A stretch of DNA of 62,297 nucleotides, filler included. It is 11 parts of 11 records of this genome, joined end to end, with 100 filler letters (N's around TTAATTAATTAA, not from the genome) between each part and the next. Parts side by side here need not be neighbours in the genome. Positions count along the whole stretch, not along the records: positions 35,003 to 40,180 come from SRR7504441_4728; positions 40,281 to 43,703 come from SRR7504441_4735; positions 43,804 to 52,032 come from SRR7504441_4738; 8 more parts are not named here. One strand, 5' to 3'. The notes under the pieces are model-generated. The model had not been told where the DNA came from. It saw only the letters and a list, made by a program, of their open reading frames with translations, and did no database searches. Below, piece after piece: positions 35,003-47,183 of the stretch (within the stretch, counting starts at the first letter, position 1; every line of letters starts with the position of its first letter). The position numbers and the translations under genes were made by a program.

Positions 35003-38000
35003 CGACGACGATGACGACGATGACGACGATGATGACGAAGACGACGACGACGATATGAATGACGAAATGGACATTGGAGAGGAGGAGATGGACATGATGC
35101 ACGAAGAGGAAGTGGATGACTTGGAAGCTGAGGATGAGGCTGTTGACATCGAACCAGAGGGTGAAGACGACGAGGGTGAAGAAGATGAGGAGGACATGGA
35201 CGATGAAGATGTAGAGCTCGAGGAGATGGACGGTGGCAATGAGAATGATGCATTCTCCGCGGACGAGGGAGAGGATGCCGAGGAAGCGCTTGGAGAGTAT
35301 GACGACGATGAAGCCTCAATGCATCAACTCCGTGTAATATTTGGTGGTTCTGGGCAGGGTCCAGAACAATTTGTGTTTACCCAGGAGTTCCCCGGAGGGC
35401 CTGGGGATGAAGAAGACGAGGAGGGCGAGCCCCGCATTCCAGGACCTGGCCGAACGCTACACTTGTTTGAGCACACTCTGATGCAGCTGCGTCGCCCTGG
35501 ATCACTGACCCTTAGCCCGCCAGCGGTGAGCATTACTTGCTGCCTGTAGCCATTGAGTATATCCTGTGTCCAGATGGCAATGCGACAAGCGCCTCGAGAG
35601 AATAGCCTATCATCTCGGCATCCTTTGTTACAAAGACAGTCGCCGGCATCGCGAAATTCTTCAACCATTCACACAAGGATAGTGGGAAGGCTGGAGGCTG
35701 GGGCTCGTCCCATCCTACCTCCCCGTGGCGGAATGCGTGTAACACGTGGTGATGGTGGAGCTCCAGAATTTAGGCTCTCGTTTATGGAGGCCCAGGATCT
35801 GAATTTCGGGTGAGACCATAGTATCCAGGCCGATTAGATAGAGGCAAAAGGCTTACCTGCGCATCTGAAGACTTGCCTTGATATTGCCCTGCAGCCCAAA
35901 CTGAGTTACGGTGGTGTTGCAGGCAGAATTTCGTTTCCAGGCCAGGTCCACAGCGACGGTGGGGGGGGACAAGCAGTAACAGCAGCAACAATGGGTCAGG
36001 GGTCGAGCGCGCACTCTTGGACATGCTGGCTGTCGATGAGGCAGCCGTAGCAGCAGAGGAAGCAGCTGCAGCAGAGGAAGCAGCTGCGGCTGAAGAAGCA
36101 GCTGCAGGAGCAGAGAAAGCCGCTGCAGAAGCAGAGGAAGCAGCTGCAGCAGAGGAAGCTGCTGCGGCAGAAGAAGCAGCTGCGGTGGCAGCAGCGGAAG
36201 AAGCAGCTGCGGAGGAAGCAGCTGCAGAAGAGGAAGCAGCTGCAATGGCAGCAGCGGAAGAAGCTGCCGCAGTGGAGGAAGCAGCAGCACCTGGTGCTGA
36301 AGAGCCTGCTGGTCCTTCAGAAGAAGCACCACCACCAAAAGCAGAGGAACCTATGGACAACGATATGATGGCAGCCATTGCCATGTCGATGGGATTGGAG
36401 CCAGCAGTGCCGGAGGGCAACCAGCCAGCACAAGATGGCATGGAAGTTGACAGTGCTCCTGCCGAGAACAATGCGGGGGCACCGCCAGAAGATGGTGCAG
36501 CTAGTGCGGGTCTGGAGGTGGGAGGCATAGATCCAGAATTCCTAGCTGCTCTGCCAGAGGATATGCGTGCAGAGGTACTGGCACAGCACCAACTGGCCCA
36601 GCAAATGGAAAGCCAAGCTGGGGCCAGTGGAAGTGGCGACCTTGACCCAGAATTCCTTGCTGCGTTGCCACCTGATCTGCGTGCTGAAGTGATCGAACAA
36701 GAACGACAGTCAAATGCACCCCCTTCAAATATTGCACAGGCGGAAGAGATGGACCCGGCTTCATTTCTTGCAACCTTGCCTCCTGATCTGCGAGCAGATG
36801 TGCTCCTTCAAAGTGATGACACCGTCCTGTCGTCCTTGCCTCCCCAGGTTCTTTTCTTGCTTGAATGCCATTTAATCTGTCAGCACTGCTTTGACACTTG
36901 GCTTTGTGCAGCTGGCATCGGAGGCACGAGTCCTGCGTGAGCGCGAGCGCGAGCGCCATCAGATGCTCTCTGCATCTCACCAACTGCTATTGTCAAGACA
37001 AGCAGGCAATTTCTCACGTGACCGAGCTGCTGCTCGCAATCCATCGCAGCCTAAAAAGCAGTTACCAAAAGTCGAACTTGTCATCTCACGAGCTTCTGCA
37101 CGCTCATTTTTGCAGCTTCTCAATCTAGCAGCTCCATTGTCACATAAACTCCTGGAAAGGCTGCTGCTCAACGTTTGTTCAGGTAGTGCTACGATTCGCC
37201 GATATGTGGCTGGAGCACTGGCAGACGTGATTGGTTTGACACAGGCAAAGCCTACGGAACAGATTGCTGTTTCGCCTAGGACTGGCCAAAAGTCACCTCG
37301 AGGAATGGAGTCGCCCCACCCTGGTGGGAGCACCAAAGGGGTGCTGGGAATGCAATTCAGTTGCCAAGCTCCGAATTCAGACAAGCTGCTGCCATCATTT
37401 GTTGTGCGACGTGCAGTTACATTGCTCTTGTTCTTGGTCCGGAAAGATTCTCGCATAGCTGGTCTTTTGAGTGGTAAGCCAAATATTATCACAAACTCGG
37501 ATTCGGCGGAAGATGAAGACAAATTGTCCTCAGCTGCTGCAGATGACGGCACAAAGCTGGTGGTAGGGACTCCAGGTGGCCCTGCAGAGGGTGCAACCAA
37601 GGGTGGCGACAGCAAACGGCCTGTAAGCTCATTGAATACATTGCTCGGGCTCTTTGAGCAATCGCAATATGCTTCAAGCTCAGAGCAGCTGTCTACTCTG
37701 GTGCGCATGGTTGCAACTGTAGTCGAGCAAGGCGACCAGTCAGCACTGCGGGGCACGGGGGTAGTTGGTGGTGTGAAACCAGCCTCAACAGACCAAATCA
37801 AATGGCCAGTGAGTTCGGAGCGGCTCAGGCTGCTCGTAAAGACGCTGCTTGAGGCAGATTGCTGTGACAGTGCTTACAAGGGGCTCCAGCGTTTGCTCAG
37901 AAGCGTGGCACGAGCTGCATTCCAGAAAGAGCTGGTGCTGGATTTGTTGTGTAGTGGCATGGAAGGCGTAAAGGGGGAGCTCAGTGAGATGCTCGAGGAG

Positions 38001-40033
38001 TGGTTAGACATGTCACACGAGGTTACAGACTTGCAGTCCATGTGTGATAACGATTCCGGCCGCTTCATGCACGCTTCGAACAGCCCTGAAAAACAGCTTC
38101 TTAGGGGACTAAAGGCAGTAAGCCTTCTTGTAGTAAAGGATAAACGCGAAAAGTCCAGGGCAGCAGAGGACCACGCAGGGGAAGATGCGCAAGCAGAACC
38201 CGGTCCAGCTGAGCCAGCAGCAGAAGCAGCAGCGGAGCCAGCAGCAGAAACCCCAGCAGACGCGCCAGCGACTGCTGAGGCTGCAGGTGTAGCTGCTGGG
38301 GCGATGGAGATTGACAGTGTAGGAGCAGAAGCAGAAAGTGCGGTCGACAAGGGACACCACAGACTTTTATTTTTGAAAACGCTCTGGCCCCTTTGGGAGA
38401 ACTTGTCAGAGTTCCTGTGTGAGATCCAGGGCTCATTTGACGGTTCATGGAATGAAGAGGCCATGATTAAGTGTGCAGTTGCGTCTCGAGTGCTTGTGCT
38501 ATTGGAAGCATTCTGTGTAGCGAGTGGCCTACATGCTGAGCTACCCACACAGCCTCCAGCATCACTGCCAACCGAGGAACCAACTGAGGCGGAGGCATTT
38601 CCAGAGCCTGTACCCTTGGTGAGGCAATCGTCTGTTGCCACAGCAGAAATGCAGATGCGGGCACCTGGCAGTCTTCAGGTGTTGCTGAAGCACCGCAAGC
38701 TGCTGAACGCTTACATCCGGCAATCACCTGTCTTGCTTGACAATGCCTTCAAGTTGGTGAGGGACATGTACCCTCGAATGCTAGACTTTGACAACAAGCG
38801 GGTTTATTTCAGCAACCGTCTTCGTCGAGAGAATAAGGATGCCCGTCGTGGCCAGCTCAACCTGCGGGTTAAGAGGTCTGACGTTTTCACGCAGTCGTTC
38901 CAACAACTGGCGTACTATGAGCCTGAGGAGCTCAAAGGCCGATTGGTGGTACAGTTTGAAGATGAAGAAGCCATTGACGCTGGGGGAGTGAGCCGTGAGT
39001 GGTTCTTGATTCTCAGTCGTGAGATTTTCGATCTCCAGTATGGGTTGTTTGTAAAATCAGCTGAGCACGTCACATACCAGCCCAACTTTTTGCTCCGTCA
39101 CACCTCTGAGTATGAAATCTCCCTTAAGTACTTCCACTTTATTGGGCGGGTGTTTGGAAAAGCCATATACGACAACCAGCTTCTGGATGCACACTTCACT
39201 CGTTCTTTTTATAAACACATGCTCGGTGTGCCAGTGAATGTGCAGGACATGGCCGCATTTGATCCGTCATATCACCAGTCGCTCACCTGGATTCTTGAGA
39301 ATAATGTGGAGGATCTGGGGATGGATCTTACCTTCACGGTTGAGGTGCATCAATAGCTTGAGCCTGTCACTCAGCCGCCTGTGTGCAGGAGGAGCGTTTT
39401 GGTGTAAGCGAAGTAATTGAGCTCAAGGAGGGCGGCGCATCAATTCTTGTGACTGATGAGAACAAGAAGGAGTACGTGCAACTTGTGGTGGAGCACAAGA
39501 TGAGCAAGACTATCCGGCCTCAGATCGATCAATTCCTGAAAGGATTCCACGAGGTGCTTGGCCATAGTGCAGCTGTAATGTAGCACGTTACTGTCACTGC
39601 CTGGCAGGTCATTCCTGAGTACATCAACATTTTCAATGAGCAGGAGTTGGAATTACTTATCTCCGGACTTCCCGAAATCGACATTGACGACCTTAAACGC
39701 AATACTGAATACGTGGGATACACTGCAACAAGCCCTGCCATCACAAACTTTTGGCGAGCTGTGGAATCATTCACAAGGGAGGAGCTCGCAAATCTGGTAC
39801 AATTTGTGACAGGTACTGCCAAGGTGCCCCTTGAGGGCTTCCAAGCACTAGAAGGAATGAATGGCCCTCAAAAGTTCCAAATACATAAGGCGTATGGTAA
39901 AGAGAACCGGCTACCGACAGCTCACACGTGCTTCAATCAGCTAGATTTGCCTGAGTACTCATCCTATGACCAAATGGTAGAGAAACTCAAGTTGGCATTT
40001 ATGGAAGCGTCACAAGGATTCGGATTTGTTTAA
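35003..40033 (+). CDS. HUWE1: HECT E3 ubiquitin ligase HUWE1/UPL1/Tom1, C-terminal portion
   Basis: Acidic tract, three [12 protein letters not shown] repeats, [42 protein letters not shown]; introns at ~36848, 39345 and 39554. Confidence 0.95.
36037..36290 (+). repeat. Coding minisatellite encoding (EEAAAA)n
   Basis: GAGGAAGCAGCTGCAGCA-like 18-nt units within the HUWE1 ORF. Confidence 0.9.
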
Positions 40034-40280
40034 TACAAAGTTCTTAGTTCGCACACAATTTTCTAAACATAGGAGCTAGGAGCTCACTAGTAGGAATTGA
40101 CGTCCATGTACTCGGAGACGCAATTATAAGGTCGTTAAAAAAAAAATCCGTGGTATTAATGGTGTTAAGGAGTTCCGCCANNNNNNNNNNNNNNNNNNNN
40201 NNNNNNNNNNNNNNNNNNNNNNNNTTAATTAATTAANNNNNNNNNNNNNNNNNNNNNNNNNNNNNNNNNNNNNNNNNNNN

Positions 40281-43200
40281 GGGTGAGGCGTGGCAGGTGA
40301 TTAGCAGCTCGGCGGGTCATGGGCGGCATGTGGAGCTTCTGGAGGCGTTGCTCAAGCCAGGCCCGGACAGGATGCTGGCACACCTGCCAAAGTCCGTTCA
40401 TAATAATCATAATTATAATAATAATGCATAGCGAGCGGCGTTGAGACTTCGGGCAGGCTGAAGGAGACCTTCGAATATAGCGTGCTGATGCCGGTGCCAA
40501 TTGCCAAGCAGCTGCTCCGCGCCGCCCGGCCGCTTCTCCAGATTAAAGAGTTCGAAGACCACCTGGTGACGTCCGAGCATTGCCTAATTAGGAAGGTGGC
40601 GTCAGGTGCTCATGCTTCGCAAGGCCATGTGCTGCAAGGAACCGACCGCACGACAAGTCGCTGTGTTCGGGTTCGTTCAACTGCTCCAGGTCACATTTTC
40701 CTAATTAGGGAATACGCTGAGCGGTTTAGGCAGGTCTGTGACCCGAACGGTCCGGTCCCTGGCGAGATATCCGGTTTCCTGCGCCGCTGCCTGAGCCAGC
40801 AGCCTGCTGTGCGGTGGGCAGGCACCAGGTGGCTTCTGGCTGACTCTTCTCGGCAGGTCTATGCTGTATAGCGAGCTGCACAGCAGCTTTGTGGAGACCC
40901 CGCAGCTCCGGCCGATTGTGCTCGACTTGCTAGTGCCCCAACTCAGCTGGTGTGCCCTCCAGCCTCCCCAGGCTCTCACAGCACGAGCCACAGGTATCTC
41001 GAGCAGGACGAGCGACGGCCTGCCCTCAAGCTATCGGAGTGTCTCCACCGGCTATCCGGACTGGTCGTGGAGCCGCTGTCCGAGCTAGTGCTGAGTGTCA
41101 GCCGTTGTGTGGTCGCGCACACCAAGATGGCCGGACCGGACGACCAGGATACCGAGTTTGTGACGTCTCTATCGAGCCAGTTGCGACGGCTCGGTGCGAG
41201 GCTTGCTGTCGCTGACCCGGATGATTATGAACTTGATGAGCGGTCGGAGGACGACGTGCAGAGCCAGCTGTCGCGGCTGGAGATGCTTCAGGGCTGTGTG
41301 GAGGCGCTCATCGAGTTCGGCCTTCTGAGCAGGTGTGTTGGTGTCTGGGCCAGGGCTGAGCGAAGGCAGTGGCGCCAGTGAGGATACGCTCCTGATGGCA
41401 GTAGACTTGTCCACGCAGGTCGCGATCCAACGAGCCGCCGAGAGTGGCTGAGGCTGCTGGCATGCAGGCGACCAAGTTGCAAAAGATGGCCAAGGACGCC
41501 GTCGCCAGGGAGGCCAAAGCAGCCAAGAAGCGCGGACCCGGCGCCAAGCGGCCGCGGCCTATCAAGATCCAGCCCGAGTGGCGAGCCGCCAGCACGATGG
41601 CCGGCAGCGACACCGCCGTCTCCCAGATGGTGCCTCTTGCCTGAGTGGCGAGCGCCTGCAGCGGGTGTATCAGGTGGAGCTTCTAGGGAGGATCGACCAG
41701 GGGTGCGCTGAGTCGCTCGGGCAGCGCCAGGGGAGCAGCACGGAGGCGGGGAAGCGGCTGAGAGAGTTGATTGTGCTCCGAGCCAAGCAGTGGATCGGCT
41801 CGCTCGACCAGAGTGAGATTGCCTTATTAGGAAGGGTGTTACACTATAGGTTTCCTGATTAGGAAGGTGTTACGCTAGGCGACGGGTTGAGTGACAAGCT
41901 CGAGGCCACCCTGTGCCGGATGGCCCCATTTCTGATGGCCGAACACATGGGCTCCGGACCTTCGGAGAGCCTTGAGTGCATTGCGATGAGTCTCAGGCTG
42001 GTTGCACCAAAAGGGCCGGCCAGCGTTGCTAAGTTCCTGTCCGCAGCCCATCAGCAGCCAGGAGGCGATCTGGCCAGCCAGATGGACAGGCTGCAGCAGC
42101 TTCTTGCCGAGTTGATCCAGGGCAATCCGGACATCCCTGCCGCGCTGCTTTGCTGCGATATGATCGAGCTGGCCGGCCGGTACTTGGCTCCTGAAGAGAG
42201 CGAGCGGCACGCCCAGCGGTGCATGGCCCATCTGGAAGCGGAGGACTTAAGCGAGGCGGCAACTGAGCTGATCCAGCGACTGCTCAGGGTTTGGAGCTCG
42301 CTGTGGCGGGATCACACAGACCATCGGGACCTCGAGCCCTTAGAGACCATCGCAGAGGAGCTGCTGTCGCTGCTGGCCGAGCAGGGTAGCACCGCGTACC
42401 AGCCACGGCTCTCTGCTGTGAACGAGAGCACTGCGGAGGCGGTGGCGGCCGAGCTTGTGCGGCTGTTGAAGGGGAAGCTGGAGTCACTGGAGTGGGTGGT
42501 GGCTGGATGCCTCAAGCTCGAGCCAGAGGATGAGAGCCAGCACGGCCCGCCATCGGCCCGGCAGCGGCTGAGGCAGGAGCTGTTCGGTCGACTCGGGCTG
42601 GTCTGCCAGGTACAGTCTAGTATATTACTACTGCATAGTACTGATACTGCAGTCTTGTATAGTGCTGATGGAGGGCTGGCCTGGCAGTTATTTATCAAGC
42701 TTGCTCAAATGTCGGTCGAGCTGTCGAGCACAGCCGCGCTCATACTCAAGCTACTCGCAGGCTACTACAAGCTAGTTCGTTTGCTGCTCCGGCACCACCT
42801 CGACGCCGCCAAGGTGCCCGGCGTGTCAGCCAGTCACCGAGAGAGCTGCAGGCCGCAAAAGGCAAGAAGTCAGATCGGAGCTTTGGCGACTGGGAGTTGC
42901 ATCAGCTTGTGGTGACCACGTGCGACGAGCTCACATTCCGGGTTTACAGCATGCTGAGCGACCCAGGGAACGAAGCCAAGGCCTCCAAGCTAAAGACGGT
43001 GCCTTCGACGGCTAGAGCGTACAGTACAGTGATGGCTGACTCTTGTGTGGAGGTGCCCGAGTTGGTTCAAGGAATCGAGCTGTTTGATTGCCTGGTGATA
43101 TCAGCTGGCAATTGGTTTGGGGATAGCCAGCTCGTCCAGGGACTGAGGCACTCGCTCGCCCGCGACGTCAAGGTGAGCACAGTACAGTACTACTATAGCA

Positions 43201-43297
43201 CACAGTATAGTACAGCATAGTGTTGGCTGAGTCGGGGATTCAGGTGGGTGAGAAAGACCAGCAGCCAGCCGAACGGAAGAAGCGCCGTACCAAATGA
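40281..43297 (+). CDS. FANCI: Fanconi anemia group I protein, 5' partial, many introns
   Basis: Spliced: VLMLRKAMCCKEPTARQVAVFGFVQLL, EISGFLRRCLSQQPAVR..MLYSEL, EPL, VPELVQGIELFD, LARDVK. Confidence 0.82.
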
Positions 43298-43833
43298 GGC
43301 GCTCCGTTACTTTATCCTTGTACACGTCCAATCGTTGCGGGCGTTGGAGACGTACTTTGTGTGGTTATTTTAGAAGTCAGGTGCCAGGTCAGCCCCACCT
43401 AAGCCCCACCATACGTACAGCCTCTTTTATTGAATTATACGTACTTGAATTCGTACATCCGCATACATGTAGTACGTACGTACAATACTGGTACTATTAC
43501 CGGTACTATCAAGCTTAAGAGAACAATGCCATGATTTTGCCGGCAGCACGGCCTGGTGGCAGCGAACACACTCAAGGCACGTACAGGTCCAAAGTCTAAG
43601 TGGAAGAGAAGACGCGAAGAGCCAACACCCCAAGCACTGGATTTTATTATTCCAACACAGCCAGCTCCAATCGCTGTAACATTAGCAAATCAATCTGAAT
43701 TAANNNNNNNNNNNNNNNNNNNNNNNNNNNNNNNNNNNNNNNNNNNNTTAATTAATTAANNNNNNNNNNNNNNNNNNNNNNNNNNNNNNNNNNNNNNNNN
43801 NNNCCTGAGTCTAGGTCTGTACTAGACAAGCAC

Positions 43834-45136
43834 ATGCTGCCCGCTTTGCTGTTCTGGCCGGTGCTGCTGGCACCAGCGCTGGCCGGGCTGGACCAGATGC
43901 CGGTGAACCAGCTGCTGTTGCCGGGGACCCACAACAGTGCCATCAACCTGGGCCCGGGAACCCTGGGCCGACCGGTGGCCGCCGAGGCCGGGGCACACCG
44001 GTCGGAGGCCCACAGCGCCTACCAGTACGTAGTAATGGACCAGCGGCTGTCGGTCCGGGACCAGCTGGACCAAGGGATCCGGCTGATCGATCTGGAGCTG
44101 GCTGGCCTGGCCGGCACCGGCTGGGCCTGCGACAACAGCACCGACGGGCCGGAATGCGTCGAGCACTGGACGATCACAGGCCGTTGCTTCACCGGCTGCC
44201 CGTTCCTGATCAGCCAGTGAGCGGCCAGAGCGAGGAGTGGCTGACCTGGTGGGACAGCGGCAGCCTGCAGCAGAGCGTCGGCGATTTGATGGGATACAGC
44301 TTCCCAGAGGCCGTGTTCGGCGAGCTAGCAGAGTGGCTCGGGCGGAACCCAACGGAAATCGTCACCCTGCTGCTGATGGCCACGCACGGCAACAGCCGGC
44401 CCAGCTCGCAGGCAGTGCTCGATCGGATGAACAGCACCGGGCTGCTGCGCTATCTTTGGGACCCAGACCCGGAGCAGCCTTTTGCTAGATTCCCGACAGT
44501 AGGCGAGATGCGGGCCGCAGGCCGGACAGTCTTAGTGGCCACAGGCTAGTGAGTCGCCCGACCGTGCTGGTCTGAGCCGGTGGGCAGCGGCTGGGGCTGG
44601 GGGCCTGGCTTTGTGAGCAGCACTACGGACAGCCGGGCCATCCAAGGCACGGGGGACACCATGGAGGGCTGGGACAGTATCACGTTCAGCCAGCTGGCCC
44701 CGGATCGAGCGGTGCTCACTGGGAGGCCCGATCTGAACCACAGCCTGTTCGCCCTGGAGAACTTGTCTTCCAGGCGCGGCCGGGCAGACAACTCGAGCCT
44801 CTACTGGCCGCTGCCCAATGAGCTGCACGACGCGCCGTTCCAGGCCGGTGGCAACCCCGCCCAGGCTGCCCAAGCGGCCGAGTATGGGCACATCCGGGCG
44901 CTCGAGGCGCGGTGATGCGGTGGTCCGGGCGAGTGCGAGCGGAGGGCAGGTGGGTGGAGCTACTAGCGCCGTTAGGGGGGTTGCCAAGCTGGATTCTAGT
45001 CGACTTTTTCAACACGACCACCCCGGAGCCTGGGCAGCCGTCGCGCACACTGTTGCATAATCCGAATGAGGGGTTGATTCGAGCGGTGAATGATATCAAT
45101 TTAGAACGCTTAGTGAGGCTAGGATATGCAACATGA
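43834..45136 (+). CDS. Secreted PI-PLC X-domain-like phosphodiesterase, 3 introns
   Basis: Signal peptide; LPGTHNS, QRLSVRDQLDQGIRLIDL, SH|G, WLGRNPTEIVTL, WILVDFF. Confidence 0.88.
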
Positions 45137-45426
45137 TATCAATGAGATGTAAGCGAGACATTTGAATACAATTAGGCTACTCGTATGCACTCGAGCCTTA
45201 AGTCGAGCACGAAGAAATATTGATTGTACTGTACGGTATTAAACTGAGCTTTCTGATTGTACTGAGCCGAGCTGGATCAACGAACCACGCGCTAGGACTC
45301 GTATAGATCAGGCATTGGACACGATCGAATCGCTGCTCCTCGACCAACGTGAATCAATCCAGTAATGATAGATCATTTGGTTGTACTCGCACTCTTACAA
45401 TCACACACCTAGCGATAACCTAGCGA

Positions 45427-46071
45427 TCACATCTTGCAAGTTGCCGCCAGCGACAGCCCCATCGCCAGAGTGCGCACCGCCGCAAAAACTACATCCCCGT
45501 CCCGCTCCCTTCTATCCAGCTCGGCGCCCAGCTCGCCCAGCGGCAGCACGATCCGCTCCACGTACTCGCCCTCGTCCGGGCAGGCCTGAGGGTCCACGTT
45601 CTCGGGCAGGCTCAGATCAACATCGACCGTCACGATGCTCACCGCCTCGCTGGTCAGCCCGGGTGACAGGCAGCTGGCCAGCGAGGTCTGCAACGGCACC
45701 CCAACGAACCCCGTCTCCTCCTTCAATTCGCGCACCGCCGCTTCCCCGGGGCTCTCGCCGGCATCGACCAGGCCGGCAGGCAGCTCGATCGTGTACGCGT
45801 CCATCGGCGGGCGGAACTGCCGGACCAGCACCGTCTGCGGCCCGCCCGCCCCCCGGAGCAGCGCCAGGATCGCCACGGCGTCCGGAGCCCGCGGGCCCAC
45901 CAGGGGCTGGTCGGTGCTCCGGAGGGCGGGGAGCGGAGTGGTGGTGCGATGGACAGTGTCCCAGCCCCGGACGGCCCCGGCCTGGTCCCGGTACCGCAGG
46001 CTCAGCAGCTGGAGCCACCTTGTGGTCCCCGCAACTTCCCGCCCAAGCACTCTCGGTGAGACGCGCTGCAT
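45427..46071 (-). CDS. NUDT5: Nudix hydrolase, ADP-ribose pyrophosphatase NUDT5/Ysa1-like
   Basis: VRQFRPP..IELPAGLVDAGESPGEAAVRELKEETG, SPGLT, DEGEYVE. Confidence 0.88.
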   Translation of the reverse strand: MQRVSPRVLGREVAGTTRWLQLLSLRYRDQAGAVRGWDTVHRTTTPLPALRSTDQPLVGPRAPDAVAILALLRGAGGPQTVLVRQFRPPMDAYTIELPAGLVDAGESPGEAAVRELKEETGFVGVPLQTSLASCLSPGLTSEAVSIVTVDVDLSLPENVDPQACPDEGEYVERIVLPLGELGAELDRRERDGDVVFAAVRTLAMGLSLAATCKM

Positions 46072-46117
46072 GAGTGCCGCCGCACTGCGGCAAAAAAGTC
46101 CGTTATCGCCGGCCGGA

Positions 46118-47091
46118 ATGCAGTGCAGCAGCTGGGGGCTGGTGTGTGCAGTGCTGGTGCTGGTGCCAAGTGGGGCGAGCCCGGCGGCACGGGCCGGGCT
46201 GGAGGCGCTGCAGCGGCGGAACTTCCGGCAGGCGGCCCAGAGTCTGGCCCGGGCGGTCGAGCTCGAGCCATCCCGGGGCCCCCTGCACAGCCTGCTCGGC
46301 GTGGCCCACGACCGGCTCGGTGCCCCGAGCCCACCACCGTTTGATCGGCTGCCAGGGCAGCGGGCCGAGGCGGAGTCGTGCTACCGGGCCGCCATCCAGG
46401 TTGAGCCGACGCTGGCAGAGCCCTACGCCAACCTGGCGGCTGGGGCCCTGCGGGCTGGCAGCTTCACCACGGCGATCGAGCACGCTCGGATGGCTATCAA
46501 GCTGGACCCAGCGCTGCATCCGGTAGCTACAGCACTGATGTACCTGAGGCTGGAAGTGCAGGCCAAGGTGAATCTGGCGAGGGCGCACGCGTCGAGCTCC
46601 GAGTGGCAGCATGCGGTTTGGGCGTTCAAGGAGGCAAGAACTGGCTCCGCTGAGATCCGAAGCTATTGCAGCTGGTCTGAATCCTCGCGGTGGGCGTCTT
46701 GTGGGCTTAGCAAGAGGAAAACGCCACCTTTATCTGCGGAGACTAGCCGGTATCTTGCGTGGGGTTGGCGTTTCGCTGATGGCAAGGCATGGCAGTGGCT
46801 GATATATTTGTGGATACCACCGCATACAATGCACACACAACTGGATCAGATGCCTTGTCGCAAGGATTGCCTCTGGTGACCGTTGCAGCACCTGTGATGC
46901 ACCGTGAGCAGGTGAGTTTACGGGGAGCTCGCTTTGCGGGCAGAGTCTCGTCCAGTCTGACAGCATCACTTGGAATGATTCGTCTCAGCACCCTGACGTT
47001 ACGAGAGTATGGCGTGCGAATGCTCTAAAGCCGACATCTGTGTGGCAGGTACGAAGACCTCATCATAACATTAGCTCGGCAATCAAGCTGA
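46118..47091 (+). CDS. Signal peptide + TPR repeats + C-terminal tail of GT41 (OGT/SPINDLY); internally deleted, possibly pseudogene or misassembly
   Basis: TPRs (AESCYRAAIQVEPTLAEPYANL) followed by LRSEAIAAGL..ADIFVDTTAYNAHTTGSDALSQGLPLVT..RVSSSL..EYED. Confidence 0.7.
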
Positions 47092-47183
47092 CCATATTAA
47101 AGGAACGATAAAAAGGGTAAAACCTGGTCAGCAGGCCTGCACACCTCCGCAGCCCAGTTAACGGTAGCCTAGGTCACTCCGCT

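Noticed and set aside
35003-35055. (GAC/GAT)n microsatellite as an independent element
   Set aside because: It encodes the acidic tract expected in HUWE1-type ligases
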